DNA of 63,986 nt, counting the filler, from Octopus bimaculoides (Eukaryota), in the NCBI RefSeq assembly GCF_001194135.2. It is 5 parts of 5 records of this genome, joined end to end, with 100 filler letters (N's around TTAATTAATTAA, not from the genome) between each part and the next. Parts side by side here need not be neighbours in the genome. Positions count along the whole stretch, not along the records: positions 61,851 to 63,986 come from NW_026311246.1; 4 more parts are not named here. One strand, given 5' to 3'. Within the stretch, counting starts at the first letter, position 1. Each line of letters begins with the position of its first letter. This document shows positions 62,150-63,986 of the stretch, in pieces. Below the pieces are notes generated by a model. It saw nothing but the letters and a program-made list of their open reading frames with translations, was not told where the DNA came from and searched no databases. The position numbers and the translations under genes are program-made.

Positions 62150-63986
62150 TACGGGACGAGATAATAGGCTGCACGGGGGTGGGCAACCGCCTAGATTAGA
62201 TTTATTCTAGTATGCCAGACTTGTTTTCAGGCCTTTGGCAGATATCTACTGCGTATAGCAACAGAATGAGAGAATTCCTAAATCTGTGAGCCGAGGAGCA
62301 GTGCTACTGCTGAGAAAGGATGCAAACAGGNNNNNNNNNNGTATTAGATAATTTTAGGTCCATCAATCTTCTTAATGCAGACATGAAAATTTTGGTCAAA
62401 GTGTTAGCGAAGAGGTTGCCGCTAGTCGACGAGAAACTGGTTGGAAACACACAAACATGCGCCGTACCAAACAGGTCCATCCACAACAACCTCCACCTCA
62501 TGCGCTACATCGTGGATAGGGTAGTTAAGAAACCTGGCATGGGTGGAGCTCTGATCAATTTAGATCGGGCAAAAGCCTTTGATAGAGTTGACTATCAATA
62601 TCTGACGGCTGGTTTCGGGCTTGTCTTCCGCGGTTGGAACTCTACCATGTACAGCGACATCTACTCAGTAGTCTGGGTGAATGTTCACCTATCGGAACCA
62701 TTCAACATCGTGCGTTCGGTCCATCAAGGGTTCCCACTCTCGTCCCTTCAGTATGTACTGACTCTCGAGCCATTACTTCGGAAACTGGAGACATTGAGAG
62801 ACATCTCGCGTGAACTAGGATGTGAAAGAATTTTGTCAGCATACGCAGATGACGTCACCGTCATGGTGTCGGACGACAAGCACATATATCTGGTCAGCAC
62901 TATTGTGAAAGTAAACGAGGAAGTAACTGGAGCAAAGATTAATACAGAAAAGTCAGCGGGCCGGCCTACAGCTCGGCACCTGGAGAGGCAGATCCATGCC
63001 AACCGACAGCGTTGTAGGACNNNNNNNNNNNNNNNNNNNNNNNNNNNNNNNNNNNNNNNNNNNNNNNNNNNNNNNNNNNNNNNNNNNNNNNNNNNNNNNN
63101 NNNNNNNNNNNNNNNNNNNNNNNNNNNNNNNNNNNNNNNNNNNNNNNNNNNNNNNNNNNNNNNNNNNNNNNNNNNNNNNNNNNNNNNNNNNNNNNNNNNN
63201 NNNNNNNNNNNNNNNNNNNNNNNNNNNNNNNNNNNNNNNNNNNNNNNNNNNNNNNNNNNNNNNNNNNNNNNNNNNNNNNNNNNNNNNNNNNNNNNNNNNN
63301 NNNNNNNNNNNNNNNNNNNNNNNNNNNNNNNNNNNNNNNNNNNNNNNNNNNNNNNNNNNNNNNNNNNNNNNNNNNNNNNNNNNNNNNNNNNNNNNNNNNN
63401 NNNNNNNNNNNNNNNNNNNNNNNNNNNNNNNNNNNNNNNNNNNNNNNNNNNNNNNNNNNNNNNNNNNNNNNNNNNNNNNNNNNNNNNNNNNNNNNNNNNN
63501 NNNNNNNNNNNNNNNNNNNNNNNNNNNNNNNNNNNNNNNNNNNNNNNNNNNNNNNNNNNNNNNNNNNNNNNNNNNNNNNNNNNNNNNNNNNNNNNNNNNN
63601 NNNNNNNNNNNNNNNNNNNNNNNNNNNNNNNNNNNNNNNNNNNNNNNGGATAACTTCCAGAAATCCTTGGCCTGGCAGTGCTACCAGGGGTTTTGCCTGT
63701 TCGAGATGAACTCTACTGGCACGGAAGTGCCGTCAGTCGGACCTGCCCGAGATGTGCGCAGAGCGACGAAACCGTTCTGCTCACATCCGTCCAGTGTCCG
63801 AGCATATCTGATATGTGGGTTTATGTCGGACACCTATAGGATGTGTCCTCTTGTCGGCTGATTCCATCATGAAGATAGCCCTGCTGCCTTCCTTTGGCCG
63901 GCAAGAGAAGGCAATTTTCATCTGTCTCGTGGCTACATCGAAGGAGGTTGTGCAATGGTCTAGACTGAAAGGGCTGAATACAGATA
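62150..63986 (+). mobile_element. L1/Tx1-clade LINE ORF2 (RT core and downstream region), degenerate, spanning two gaps
   Basis: FRSINLLNADMKILVKVLAKRL...LDRAKAFDRVD...QGFPLS...AYADDVTV...GAKINTEKS. After the gap, frameshifted LAWQCY...CPRC..SDETVLH. Confidence 0.9.

Overview
Eukaryotic, AT-rich, microsatellite-dense draft-assembly sequence, most consistent with an octopus (coleoid cephalopod). That assignment comes from recall of the repeat landscape and was not verified by a search. Roughly 9 kb is N. Four identical 100-nt spacers (44 N + TTAATTAATTAA + 44 N) split the window into five blocks whose adjacency is not shown by sequence. No intact host protein-coding gene, rRNA, true tRNA or CRISPR array was recognised; most long ORFs in the track are N-runs or microsatellite translations. 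The recognisable content is transposon debris: three mariner copies, a hAT (Charlie/Buster-type) transposase relic, TTAA-flanked MITEs, RTE, CR1-like, L1/Tx1 and restriction-like-endonuclease (R4/Dong-type) LINE fragments, Penelope-like GIY-YIG fragments, and dozens of tRNA-derived SINE copies. Family names A, B, N, E and modules T1/T2/T3/B2 are my own working labels. The most interesting observations are: (1) a minimal Penelope-type hammerhead ribozyme at 42574-42620; (2) SINEs built combinatorially from two bodies and two tails, with all four combinations present and two of them bounded by 11-bp target-site duplications; (3) long hairpins at 24945-25125 and 2708-2833; (4) CpG decay in repeats of block 1 but not in later blocks, suggesting germline gene-body methylation; (5) a mariner whose 3' end was replaced by an inverted copy of its 5' end. 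Repeat boundaries are hand-read and approximate unless a TSD or TIR is quoted.
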